Assembly (NCBI GenBank): GCA_010093605.1
Contig: MU004184.1
Span: 1,188,801 to 1,252,800, forward strand
Reading direction: 5' to 3'
DNA from: Lophium mytilinum
Taxonomy: Eukaryota
Length of the DNA stretch: 64,000 nucleotides
Below, piece by piece: positions 13,412-26,343 of the stretch (its first letter is position 1; every line of letters starts with the position of its first letter). A program made the position numbers and the translations under genes. The notes under the pieces were generated by a model that did not search any database, was not told the origin of the DNA, and saw only the letters and a list, made by a program, of their open reading frames with translations.

Positions 13412-14163
13412 TTGAGTTTTATTTTTATGTCTAACGTTTTATTTTGCTACCTGTACGATGTCCTTTTGCTACACGTACGAACTCTCCCCTAGCAGCCCTT
13501 TCACCGCGAACCCTCCAGTAACACGTCTTTCCGGCTGAATCCTTGCAACGTTTCCATAGCGCGCACAACTGCGTCGAACCTTACCCAGGACTTCAAACAA
13601 CGCTATCAGAATAGTAAAGCATTTATTGTCAGGTCTCAGTATGAACAACAAGCTCAAACTCATTCAATATCCTAAGTACTCTCGACTTCCCAGCAGAATC
13701 AACGCGAAAGACCAGGCAAATCACACCAATGAACCCATCATATCACCGCTCTGCCTACTGGATCAGACACAAACATCTCCCAGAACGTGCGCGGAAGTTT
13801 CTTGGGCAGAATGTGATGCCCGTGACTTGGGCACTTTATAAGTAATCTTATCAGGATGTGACATGTGCTATATAATGCTTAGTATCTTTTTGGAGTATTG
13901 GAGCACTTCAAACAGTGCTAGACAAACAGGTGTTCAAGGCAGAGTTGGGTTTTCAAGAGATCATTTCTATTGGAGTTTCTCTTTATTTTTAGGGTCTGAA
14001 GTGGTGGAGCTTTAGTACACGCCCAAACCAAATTCGACCCAGGGTTCCATCAAGACATCCGAATGAGAGTACAGCAACGGGGAAAACGCCAGAAGCACTC
14101 ACGCCCTCCCCCAGCTATCAAGATCCCCGAGCTAATACATCTCCGTCTCTCCATCCCGTCGAC

Positions 14164-15073
14164 TCACGGCAAGTCCTTCCTCTTGGTCCCCTTCCGCTCG
14201 GCTTCGGTGTCTCTACTGTCTTCCACGGCGAGGAGTCCCTCGTTCTTCGTATCTAGCCAACGCCCTCCAATTTTAGACATGTAGTCCCTCATGAAGCGTC
14301 CGGGGAGAGTCCTGGCCTCGATTGCCATCTGGAATCCGTCATTGTTCCAAAGCTCCTTATAGTGCGCCAGCGCGATGGCCTTGACATCTTCATAAATAGG
14401 GGAGGGTTCGCAATGGTAGCCTGCGTTGATGACGTCGGCGAATCCTTCGGCAGAGAAGTTGCTACGGTACAGCTTAGTATGGAGTTGCTTCTCGGCAAAT
14501 TTCATGCAGGAAGGATGGCTGAGGACGTTGGCCACCTGCCATACTATACAGTGCAGCTTGCTGACCTGGTTGTCCTTGCTCGCGGGGACGTCCTTCGGGG
14601 ATACATAAGGATCGCGGAAGGGATACGAGAAGTACTTCGTGTCGGGGTCGCCCGCAATGTAGGTGCGTGTGTCGCTCCACTCGACTACGCGGTCCACGGC
14701 GACAGCGAGCTCCTCGCTCCAGGGGCTTAACGTGAACACCGGTATGCCGCCTGTGTCGTACGAAAACTCCTGTGTACTACATCAATGGCCATACTTGACA
14801 AACGATAGCACTGCGAGTCAAGGAAACTTACCACGTGGTTGTATACTCCGGGACCCTATAGTAATGGTGTAAGTCTTGATTTTAACAGTGTGGTGATGGA
14901 ATTTGCAGGGTCAAACGTACGTCGAGGAGAGCTTTCCGAACGATTGATGAATAGTACTCCCAATTATGCTTCCTAACCCGCCACTCGACCTCGCCAACCT
15001 CAATGACTAGCGAATAGTCCACTGACTTCAGGAGGCGCAAACCGTCCATGCTAGACCGTGTGAGTATTGGCAT
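14164..15073 (-). CDS. Divergent BTB/POZ-like domain protein, 3 exons
   Basis: LLKSVDYSLVIEVGEVEWRVRK start, LHCIVWQVA and FADVINAGY helical region typical of fungal BTB proteins; GT-AG introns join exons in frame; basic C-terminus RKGTKRK. Confidence 0.55.
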
Positions 15074-15988
15074 TATATGCTGTCATGGCTCCTTTGCCGA
15101 GCACTCACTCTTTGCCGCGCCACTCCCCAACCAATTCTTTCAAGCTGTTCTCACAGTGATAGGCGCAATAGTCGGCGTCAGCGTCATTGACCACGTCCAT
15201 CAAAAGCCGGTAAGCTGGCATCTTGAACTCGCCAGCAGACTGGGTGCTGAGGCTCGCCATGATGAGTCTTACGATGTGGCTGTGTGTTCGATGAGGGTGG
15301 CTATTTTGGCCTCGCGCGCAGAAGCTGAAGAGAATAACGCCGTCGCCAAGCCATAGACTTTTGATGGTGAATAGAGAGTTGATTTCGCGCGCTAACACGG
15401 CATTCCACCTGCACCCGCTATACTACTGCTTGGAGCCCGTTTACACGCTCGTATGTACTCTAGACTGAATGCTACCTACAGCCAACTAATACTGGGTGAA
15501 CAGCCGTTATCCCTAAACAATACGAGGAGTCAATATGTTGCCTATTATTAGTAGTCCCAGCAGAGCAAACTAATAAGCTAACGGTGGACTAGAATAACCT
15601 TTGAAAAGAAGTTGTAGGCGGCGAGATGTACTGCGTTGAAAGGGGACGCTCGCATTTAATAGGGTTATTGAGGGGAGCTATGAGGTTAAACATTGACATT
15701 GAGGGAGGTGTGATACGCAGAATCCGGATTCGTTCATGATGGCGCCGTCTGGGGCCCGTCCGTAAAGTCTTAAATTCTGCCTTAAATTCTGCCAGTGATG
15801 GAGACGTTCTGAGAGTATAAAAGTGGGCCGTGTTACCGGAGTGTTTTGAGAGTTCGACAGCAGCGTTTGTAGTGCTTCATACACTCGGGTAAGATCTAGA
15901 AAGGATATAAGGGTTCGAGGGCGTGAACTGAAGTCTTCCAATCTGTCACTTAGATACGCCTTAGCTTGAATATTAAATCTAAACAATA

Positions 15989-16550
15989 TTACCCATAGCT
16001 GACGTGCACATGATCCCTAGAATCAATTAGAAAGGACCCACCCAAACTGGGTAAGAAAGATATACCAATGATTCGCAGTAATCGACCCCCCTATCCTTGG
16101 GCTCCTGATCCCTCCACTGCGCCCACGGCATAACCTTATCCCTCGACGTAGTCCAAATCTTCTGCACTCACATCACATAGCTCAGATTGAGTTCCTTCGC
16201 ATGGTGCATGGTGCATGATCCACTCCACGATCTCCTGGCCCGAGGTCGTCCTAACCTACATAACCCCTCATCAGAAAGTCGTTCAAAAGTTTAGTTCTGC
16301 GACGCTTACACCCCCACCGCCTGATCTGGGCACGCAGCACTGGACATCGTTGGACTCGGGGCAGAAACCTAGTGCTGGGGTCGTGCTGCACTGGGATGTC
16401 CAGCGGCAATTGTCTCCGCCGGAGCAGGTGGTCTTGGTGCAGCATTTGATGTTCTCGGGAGTCTCGGAGCAGGCGTTGGAGGTGTATCTGCCGCCGGCCA
16501 AGATGTAGTCGGAGGTTGGGATTCAGACGCCAACCGCAGGAGGCTCGCAT
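15989..16550 (-). pseudogene. Secreted Cys-rich-repeat protein with DD-peptidase-like C-terminus (NHWDHVHVSY), pseudogene
   Basis: GV*IPTSD..AGGRYTSNAC...IKCCTK...NCRWTSQC...VQCCVP, then GQEIVEWIMHHAKELNLSYVM*VQKIW...GSITANHWDHVHVSYG. Premature TGA at 16525-16523 and 16170-16168, 7-bp duplication at 16201-16214. Confidence 0.7.
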
Positions 16551-18175
16551 GTCTTGTTCTCCATATACTCGTGCTATTGGCACAGTACTAGGTTATAAGT
16601 TCGGGCACATGAATATATCACTGCTACCGCTTTGCTCTTGCTCTCTCGGCGCCAATTTAAGGAGTCCCCTAAATGGCAGATAGTAGCTTCATCAAAAGGT
16701 AGTCTGGTTTCCATTGCTCTGGTTTTACATTGTGCTTGAGGTTGTAAAAGCTTATCAGAGGTACCCCAAGCAGTTGCGAAGAGTGCTCAAATTCATACCT
16801 TCGTACGGTAGGATATCCGAGCGGCGCGAGTTGGCACACATCTCACCAAAATGGGCAACCTTGTAGACTCCTTTCATCATTCCAAGAAATACGAATCGCA
16901 CAGGACGTTCAGCTTTTTATTTTTTGATGCCCATACTTATCGAATGATGGATTTGTAGCACAAGATTGATAGTGACACAATGAAAGCGCACAGAGAAGGA
17001 AGATCAATGATTGAAAGGCTGACTCTTTTCTATCGTGGTCGCCAATGACATTAGCTGGAATGCTTCTCAAACCAAAGAAAGAGGACGTTCCACTCATCTG
17101 AAACAATTACCTTTGCTAGAACGGCTAACCAGAAGCTACGTGGTAGCAAGGGGAGTCTCTGGGAGTTTTGTGGTAGTTAGAGCAGCTAATAACTAGGTAA
17201 GTAGCAATATCTCGAAATAGGCGAAACTCTGCATTGTCGGCTTGCTGGACCGAAACTCAAGCATTGACGTGGACTTTACCCGGCCAGTCAGAGGTTTCCA
17301 CTTTTCAAGCAATTGGGTCCCGATTGGTCGTTTAGGGGCGGTGCCTGAAAGACTTCGGCTGGATAATGATGCGGCTCGCTAAAGGGAGAGATGAAAGATG
17401 ACGAGATGCAACAGAGCCGCCACAGCGAGTGGAAGGAGGCAAACTTGTAGGGACAGGAGGGTCGCGTAGACAGAACGCGTAAAGCAGCGGTCAGAGGTTG
17501 AGGCCAAGATGGGGCGCGAAATAGCAGTTGGCATGATCAACGGTCGCACTGCCGGTTGCGTGATGCTGCGGCAAAGCGGAGGCCAGGGTTGCTCGACCGG
17601 GCCTCGTGGATCGGCTAAGGATTGCTGCAAGGGAAGAGGCAAGATATTTCCGATGGCAGTGCAGCCGCAATAATGGCCGCAGCAAGGCTTTGTTACGAAA
17701 AGTGGCGATGGGCGAGGGCAAACAGGATTTTGGCCATGGTCTAGCATCGCGCCACTCCCGAACCGTGCTCGCGTCCCCTGTTGTTACAGAAACGCGGGGG
17801 CTGGCCTGGCTGCCACCAACGACGGGGAATAACAGGGCAGTAACGGGCTGGGGCTTGTGTCTTACCTGCACTGGCACCTCTCCCCGCCGCCCTCATTCAC
17901 TTATGTCCAGCCTGGAGTGTCTCGTTGCGACCGAATATACCCTCTCCTAGTCCCACGGCCAGAGCAATGCCGTTGCATTGATCGGTAAACAACAACAGAC
18001 CGTCTCAGTGTCTCAGTAGAGCACCAGATATAGTGAGCTCAGTCCACACCACACTCGCTTTAATAACCATGTGACCTTCTCACACGTTGTAGAGTTCTCT
18101 TGGCCTGTAATGCCGTGTATTTGAGCGCCCATCTGCTCCAGCAGCGACTTCACAGCGGCATTCGTCGACTCCACC

Positions 18176-21100
18176 ATGGGCAACACACAGTCTGCGCCGC
18201 AGCACAACAGGCTGGTAAAACCCAAGACGAACAGCAACTCGCCGTTTTCGTCTCCGACCATACCTTCTCCCGGCTCAGTCCCGACCAAGTACTCCGACTT
18301 GCACCTAGACACTGTCATACGTTCGCCCACGGGCGACTTCCGCAGTCGGAATGATACCAGACACCAGCTCAGGGCCCAATTGACGTCGCCAATGGACGGA
18401 GACTGCTCCCAGGAGTCTGACGAGGATGACAGTCTTGGAGAACTTGCTACTCATGTTCGCGACCGTCTTCAGAGCCTGTCAAGGTCCAATTCCGTGGCCT
18501 CCCAGTTGCCTAGCTCTCAAGCTTCAACCACCAAACTCAGTAGTCTCTCGGGGTCGAAGCTCTCTTTAGTGTCCGATACTCGACCGGTAGATCTAGAAGC
18601 TGCGATTTCCATTCTGCAAGAGCTGAGGAAGAATGCCTCCCCAGACGATCTGGCCGCTTTGCGTATGTCTCTTTTATTCATTCCGCTTCTTAGGAATGTA
18701 CACTTACGCGTCCGCTCCTATAGGTGAAGCACTCCAGCCAGTGAACTCTGCTGAGCCTGTACCGGTATCCTCACGCTGTCCAACAACACGAAAGCCTGTG
18801 GGCGGAAAGCCGTGTCAGTCCCTCATTCGCCGTCGCTCATTAGCCACACCAGGCCTTGCAACTCGTGGTTCGCCCACCGATGTGCTACGGAAACCTGTTG
18901 AAAACTTGGAGGCTCAGATAGACCAGAGATCGGAGCATGAGTGGCGGGTTGATAAAATGATGGGACATTCGCCCCTGACCCGCTTAGCAGCCTTGGACGC
19001 CGCCCGCGAAGGACAAGATTCGTCAACTCCGCGATGTCAAACTCCTGGCGATATGGCATACTCGCACCTTGGCGCATTGAAGCTCGGTTCCTTGACCATC
19101 ACCAATGGTGCAGCGTCGCCAGCTCCAAGCGTTCGCTCGAACATGATGGACCGGCGAAAGTCCACTCCGGATATGAATCAAGAGGAGGATTATTTCACGG
19201 CATCTGAAGGCAGCTCTAGTCCCTTAGCTGCACTGCAGCATCATCGTGGCAACCGAATGCATTTCCGAGTGCAGTCTTCTGTGCTTCCCATGCCTTCACC
19301 ACTGTCCCGAGAAGCCCACATCTCCGGTGGCAGCCAAAAGGCAGATCCTGCTCCCAGGAGCGGGAGCCCTCTCAAGAGAGAAGCCATCTTGAACATTTCC
19401 AAGAATAGGGGGCATCAACATGAAAGGGGCAGATCAACCGACCATGTCAAGAACAAGAGTGCCCCTTCGATTGCTCAGGAATATATGGACGAGCTTGCGA
19501 CCAGCCCCTTCGCCGCACAGGATGAGTTCTCGGAACGGTTTGATGAGCCTCGCGAGTCACTAGATTCGGGATTCGCCGAAAAAAGTCCAGAAGATGCATG
19601 GACGTATAGACAAGAGGCATTTCGAATGCTAGACGGGACCATGTTCGAGGACTCGATACCGCGAGTTGACTCAGTCTTGGAAGCCACTCGCCAAAAGCGA
19701 GCAGACCGCCCGTCGCACACCAAGGCTGACTCCGGATACTCATCTGGGGCGAGTCTTCGTGCAATGGAGCCTAATACTCGAGTCGGTGATTGCACTGTTC
19801 CTTCACTCCCGCAACTTGCCGTTCTTGCTGACGGGCAAAAACGAAGTGGGTTTCATGCAGAAGACCCGAGAAACCTCCAAAAGTCCGACCAAACGCCATC
19901 GCTTTCCGCTGCTGCAAAGCCGCTACCAGCCCCTCCGGAAAAGCAGGATGTAAGGCCGAAACCATCGCGACTGTCACTGTCTAAATCATGGAAGAGAGCA
20001 TCAAGTGGCGCCACACCAACAGTATCTGCACCGCATACTCCAAGTTCCATCGTATCGTCGGAAAGTGCCGATGGCAAAAAGTCAGCGATGTCCAAACGTC
20101 TCCAAAAACGGCGCCCTTCAGCCCCTGCGGTACCACAAGTACAGGCCTGCGAGCCAGTCAAAGAGGGAACTATTCCTACGATACCAGACAACGTTCGGAC
20201 CCATTTCACCCGTCGCCTGTCTGAAGCTCCAGGAATGGATCACTTAACGCAGACTTTTGCTTCACCCTCCACTACAAAGCCCGAAGAGGTTAGTATGGAG
20301 GCTCCTGTAGTCTCTGAACCAGTACGCTTCCCTTCCCCTGCCGATGATGAGCCTCGTCAGAAGAAGCATCATCATCGATCGCAGAGCGCCCGGCCACCAA
20401 CTCCTCCTCCCCATCGACAAAGGCGAAGCCTCTCCCTCTTCCGAAAAGAGAAGCCTGACGTTGATCGAAGCGAATCTGGCGCAGACAGCGAACTCGAACT
20501 CCTGGGGATCGCCGACTTTGGTACTGTAGCACAGTCACTGGGCAGCTCGCCTTACGATATCGCTGCATCGTTGCTCCGGAAACAGCCCGTCGCTTCGCCG
20601 ACCCACCCACATCAAATGGGTGCAGTCTTTCCCCGTGCCAAACCTGTGGTCAACATGGACGCGTCAACTGCTGTTCAGGTCGCAAAGATGCGCAGTCGGG
20701 ACCGTGCTGCTCCTGACGCACACACGCATAGGCCTAGAAGCTACCACGAATACAACCTCGAGGCCGGTGAAGCGACAGTAGCTAGACGAGTATCATCGCA
20801 AGGCCGTACTGCCGTACCTCCGATGCCACACATGGACTCGAACAGGCTGTCTCTGGTAAGAGCATCGACATCTCGGACCGGACACCAGGCTTCGGACAGC
20901 ACCAGCGCGCGGCCAAAACTGATAACTCGCGAAACCTCAGTGTCCGCCCTGATCGAAAAATTCAACGAGGCACCCGCGAAGGAAACATCACCAGACTGGG
21001 ACGCCCCTTCACAACTCTGGCGCCAACGCCGCAAGTCCATCGGCGAGGGCCTGCGTCGTCAGCACGGAGACAATTCCCATAAGCACTCAAAGTCGCACGC

Positions 21101-21353
21101 TGGGCTTCCCATCACGCGACCGACACCACCGCCCACGTCGCCAGCTGCGCCCGAACCTACAAACTCTGACGGCGGCATGTTCGACCGCTACGGCGGCGGC
21201 CTGGGATACGGCTACGAGCACGGCTTCGGGGTGGGAGGCAGCGCGGGAACGCGCCATTTGCGGAGCGGCGCGAGTAGGAAGAGTATGCATTTTAGCAACG
21301 AGTTTGGCATCGATTTATCGGATGTTCCGGTGATTTTGCAGAGAGCGCGCTGA
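18176..21353 (+). CDS. Large Ser/Pro-rich disordered protein with MGNTQS N-terminus (putative myristoylation)
   Basis: Two exons (intron GTATGT..TAG ~18663-18724). Ordered islands LQELRKNASPDDLAAL, YSHLGALKLGSLTITNGAASPAPS, DRYGGGLGYGYEHGFGVGGSAGTR and GIDLSDVPV. Confidence 0.8.
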
Positions 21354-22663
21354 TTTCTTTTCGCTTTGTGGATACCCGGTTCTTTTCTGTATATGGAGCG
21401 TAATAGCATTTGGAGAGGCGGTTTGGCTGCATGGCATTGGAACTTATGATTGGCATGACGGGATGGGCTGGGTATACTAGGCAACAAGGGAGAAATCTGA
21501 TGTTCGGGCGATTGGGCTGGGGTCGGATTATGTATATATGTGATGGCTGGGGCGGAAGAGATGGGGGTGTAGTTAATACAACGTGCTAGACACGTCGATT
21601 GCCCATATGTTCTAGGAGCTTTGCGTCTTGATTGAGGCAGTGATATTAATAGAAGAATATTTTTGTATGCAGTGATCTAGGAGGCAGCTCGGAGGTCTAT
21701 CTGGTGGTCCGCTCGTTCAGCTAACTAGCCCTACTCAGAAAGCATTTCCCACGGATGCCATCGGTATAATTGCCTGTCATTGACACATGTTATACAGTGA
21801 ACCTACATGCATCGAAAGGCGGAGAAATAACAGTGCCACCATAGACGTTGGCGTTGCTATGCACCTTCGTCGCACGCCGAATTTGGCGCCCTTCATACAC
21901 CCCCGCCCACACAACTCCCAAAACCCTCGCTGGAAATTTTTCATGCTACCATATATAATACAGCGGATTGATCTCTCTCAAATGCCGTCATGAGAAGTCT
22001 TGCGGAATCGATACTGACGTTGCTGTGTAGATTTGTAGTGCGCTCAAGTACAAAACCTAGTCTCCCATCTCTCCAGCCCCAGATAACAGCCAAGGCAGTG
22101 GTCAGAAAGCTCTCATATTCACACGTCTGATGTAGTGACAATGTGGCTTTCGAATGGTGTAACGAGTTCTATCTGAGCTGCTATAGTTATGGTGATGCAG
22201 GGGTTGGTAGTGGAGAGTGTATGTTGGGGCTGGCTCGGCCCCACGATGGGGTCAGCCCAACCCCACGGTATCCGATCGGGTTCTCTTCTGGCGGTGTTTC
22301 TGACGCGAGTATTGAAGTTCCAGAGAAATTGAGCACAGGGCTGGAAAGAGGAGAAGGGGTTTATTTTATTGAGAATGATAAATGAGATTTCTATCTACTA
22401 TTGCGTTACGCAGTCGCTGTTGTTCTCGTGTCGCGTCGTACTTACCGCCAGCCTGACGCCTTTCAAGTTTCGACTTCCATTGCGCATACTGCAGCAGGTT
22501 GTTTCTCTCCGTTCCAGAGGCTGGTCGCATGACGCAAGAAGTTCACAGCGTTTGGGCATATAGAGTGATGAAGTGCATCCAGCAAAAGATACACTTCCAG
22601 ATTCCATTGGTGGGCAATGCAACCTGGGGAGTGGAGGGGGTTTCTTACCTTTGTAACTCCATG

Positions 22664-23187
22664 TGTCACAGCACCTAGATAAGCAGGAGATGGTGGCTAA
22701 CAAAATCAAGGAAGAGTCCTTACATATGCATACTTTTAACCTACTTAGGGTAGCATATTATTTAGCGCTTACTTTCCCCGCTTTTCTTTAAGTATATTAA
22801 AAGAAGCTTCTCCCCTCTATCTATCTACTACTTTTTCTCTTTTACTTACTACTTTTAGTCTATAGTTTTTAGCTTACTAAGCTTTTTCTATTCTTAAATT
22901 AAGTAGAAAACCTTAGTATTACTACTTTAAGATACTTAAACTAAGCTTTAAAAGCTTTTAAAGTAAAACTTTAGTAGTAATAAATACTTATTACTACTAG
23001 AATTTAAACTTACTAAAAAGGTTAGAAATTCTTTACTAAGTAAAGCTAAAAAGCTTACTAAGTAAGATACTAAAAGACTGCCTACGTATTAAGCTTAGTA
23101 AGCTAAATTTTAGTAAGCTAGGCCTTATATAAACCTTAATTTAACTAGCTTCTAATTTAGATTTAGTAAATACACCCTACTATAACA
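22664..23187. mobile_element. RIP-mutated repeat relic, probable solo LTR (~524 bp)
   Basis: AT/TA-rich island. Left end TGTCACAG and right end CTATAACA (reverse complement TGTTATAG) match except for C>T changes and give TG...CA termini. No clean TSD (CCATG vs CCACC). Confidence 0.55.
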
Positions 23188-23193
23188 CCACCC

Positions 23194-25903
23194 ATGGCAA
23201 CCACCACCCAGGTAAGCACTAAGCTGCATCTAGTATTCCTGCATGTTTACTTGTCGCATTGCTCTGCACAATACAGCGCACGCATCGCATCGTCCTGTCC
23301 ACAAGATTTGTTTGACTCACAACATCGCAGCAGGACACGTCTGTCGTGAAGAACGAAGATGACTATTTCGACGACGATGATTCGGACGCGGAAGCTGCCA
23401 GCGACGGCTCTGGCAATGAAGTGTTCGAGCCCGCAGAGAGGCTGAAGGACCCAGGAGTAGAGCGGAGACCCATACGCCAGATCATAGGTGAGTCTAAGAA
23501 ACTCAAGCTCCTAAGAGTGAAATCGTCACGGTTTGCGGCTTGGGCTAACATTGGTGCAAGCTCTGGTCGATGGTCCGTATCTAGATCTCGAACCCGACTA
23601 TCAACGAGGGGTCGTCTGGTCAGGTATGTTCATTTCACTAGGCTTGCCACCATATTAGTTCCCCAGCTAACCCTATGATATAGAGGAGCGGATGGTCAAA
23701 TTAATCGATTCACTGATGGGTAAGTGGACTCCGCCTTCGGAGCTCCGTACTCAGACGCTTACACTCAACAGAGAACTACTATGTTCCTCCCGTAATCTTC
23801 AACTGCGAGAGACTACCGGCGAATGACGCAGGCGAACGATGGAAGCGTGTATGTGTGGATGGGAAGCAGCGCATCTCATCCATTCACGCTTTCATCAAAG
23901 GCAAAATCCCGTGTCATGACAAAGACAAGAACAAATGGTATTTCACGGCGCCGGATCACCCGAGGCGCCGCGTGCTTCCGCAGCGCGTAAAGGAACAATT
24001 CCAGAACAAGGAGATTGTATGCTTTGAATATCCAAGTCTGAGTAGGCAACAAGAAGAAGACTTGTTCGCGCGCGTCCAGCTGGGGATGGCACTTACGCCA
24101 GCTGAGAAGATGCGAGCGACCAACGGACCATGGCAAGAGTTTGCCCGAATGTTCGAAGAGGACTTTAGACCCATCATGAAACTACTCACCGCGCAAACGC
24201 AAGCTCGCTCTGGAGGATTTAGGCTGTTCCTGGGATGTTTCAGCCAGATTCTGGAGGTCCAACATCCGACAAATGCAAATGGTATTCCAGTTTTGAAGAC
24301 GAGCGTATCGGCGATCGACAACCTTCTTCGCAATCCGGAAGCATTGGACGACTCGACGAAGAGCCATCTGGCAACAGTCTTTACGACGTTCACAGAACTT
24401 GTCAGTGAGAAGGAATCCGTTTTCAAAGACAATGGTTACGAAAGAGTGAAGACGTTCTCACCACTAGAGGTAGTGGCAGTAGCCGTCTTGATCTCGAAGT
24501 ATGGGGATGCGCGAAATCATGAGATGTTGCTTGGCGACATAAGCATGATGAGAATTACCTTCCGTGTACAGAAGTTAGACCTGAAGCTGAACGGCGACTG
24601 TTGGAAAATGGTCTGGGAGTTCATCGACACACTGGAACAGTTCCGTGGTGCGATCGATGGAGAGACAGTTCAGCCGCCCGATTCTACACCACAGGCAAGC
24701 GCCGCCGCGAAGTCTGCGAAAAAGTCTGCAAAGAAGACGACCGATAAGACGCCAAGCCGGAAATCAAAAGCATCACCTTCGAAGGCTTTGGCGATCCCGG
24801 ATATTGTGGTACCCAGGGGTACCAAATCGAGACCCGTTGTGGAATCTGCTTATGTCGCTCCCGTAGAATCTGCAGCGGAGACATCGAGACAGCCCCTTGC
24901 TGAGTTTGCAGACATCCCTGTCGTAAAACCTACTGCTAAGGTCAGGCGACAGGCTGCCGCTGAGGAATCTATGCTTGCGGCGGCGAACCAGAGAGTTAAT
25001 CAGGAGACGAGGCGCCCTGTCGGGGCGAGCAAGGACGTTCATTGGAAAGATCCGGTGACAGCAAACGCTTCGCATGCTCAACAATCACCGCGAACTCGAC
25101 CTCTTCAAGGCCAGCCAACGTCACCAGCCGTACCACCTAGTTCTGTTCTAAGACGTCGCACTGAGGATGAGAGCCTCGCGCGCGACATTGTCAACCATCG
25201 GGCCCACGAGCTGGGAGCCCATCAACCAGAAAGCACATCGAGGCCTTCCAGAGAACTATCACCAACCCAACCAGAGTCACCTTCTCTCTTCGTGCGGTCG
25301 ACATCTCCAGATTCCGTGATCGAGCTTGATTCAGATGACGAAATGCCCGATGCTCCACCAGTTCCGCCGAAAACCAAAACTACGGTCGGCGTCCCGAAAT
25401 CTTCACCATTCTCTCCCGTAAAGACCTCAAGCCCTCTTGCTCCGCCACGTAGACCAGTCGCCCCGGTTGCGCCAATGGCTTCAATGGCCCCCACGTCTCC
25501 AATGCCCTCTCGTCCTAAGGCTCCGATTGCTCGTCCGCCAATGGCGTCTCGACCCAGTGCGAACGTCCTGATGGCCCCTCGAGCCAGGCCTACTAGCATT
25601 CCAAACAAGCCTTTGATATCGATAGCAGACGAAGTCGACATACAAGCGCAGCTATCACAAGAATCTCTTGAAGAAGGCGAGATCCGCGAGAGAGATCCAC
25701 AGGATGCCATCGAGAGACAGCGACGGAATCTCCTGGCTGAGTTTAGAACCACTCGGACTCCCTCGACAGGTGCTAGTCGCAGCGGAGATGATGACGATGA
25801 GGACGGCCCGCCCATCATCCGCAAGCGACGCGCGGATGGGTCATTGGGCGGATCTGGAAATACCCCACGAACGACTAGCCACAAGAAAATGAGACGTCCG
25901 TAG
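23194..25903 (+). CDS. DUF262 (GmrSD N-terminal / ParB-Srx-like) domain protein with long Pro/Ser-rich basic tail, 5 exons
   Basis: Splicing four GT-AG introns gives LDLEPDYQRGVVWSEERMVKLIDSLMENYYVPPVIF...CVDGKQRISSI...LFARVQLGMALTPAE, matching the DUF262 QR, DGQQR and FxxxN motifs. Confidence 0.85.
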
Positions 25904-26343
25904 TACCGAGGAGAGTGCGGGTGGGGATGTCGAAGCTATGGACCCGGCGAGGGAAGCTCAGAATGACTCCAGTTCTCAATCCAAAGCTTCTACTTGGGTT
26001 CTCCTCTTTTCTTTTTCCTTTTCCCTTTCCTTTTAACGATTATCATTCCTTTTAGTGTCTACATTCCCTTTAGTGTCTAAATTCCCCTTTCCTAACTGGC
26101 AGTTTTGCGCAATGGGCCGTCAGTACGGACCCCTATTTCACGAATTTCCTTGGTAGTCTCCCTATCTGCATTCTTATCCTTTTGCTGAGGTACTTGGCGG
26201 CCTTTGGAGATAGATAGAATGCATCCCTTTGCTTTAGAGCATCTATAGACAAATTGATTTGCATTGACTCACAGAACACGGCAGTCGGTGACTCTGAATC
26301 GAACAAGGTGGGCACACGGATCTATTACAACTCTGCTCCAACT

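Noticed and set aside
26044..26087. 18-bp tandem duplication (ATTCCYTTTAGTGTCTA)
   Set aside because: Two-copy slippage in a pyrimidine-rich 3' region with no sign of function.
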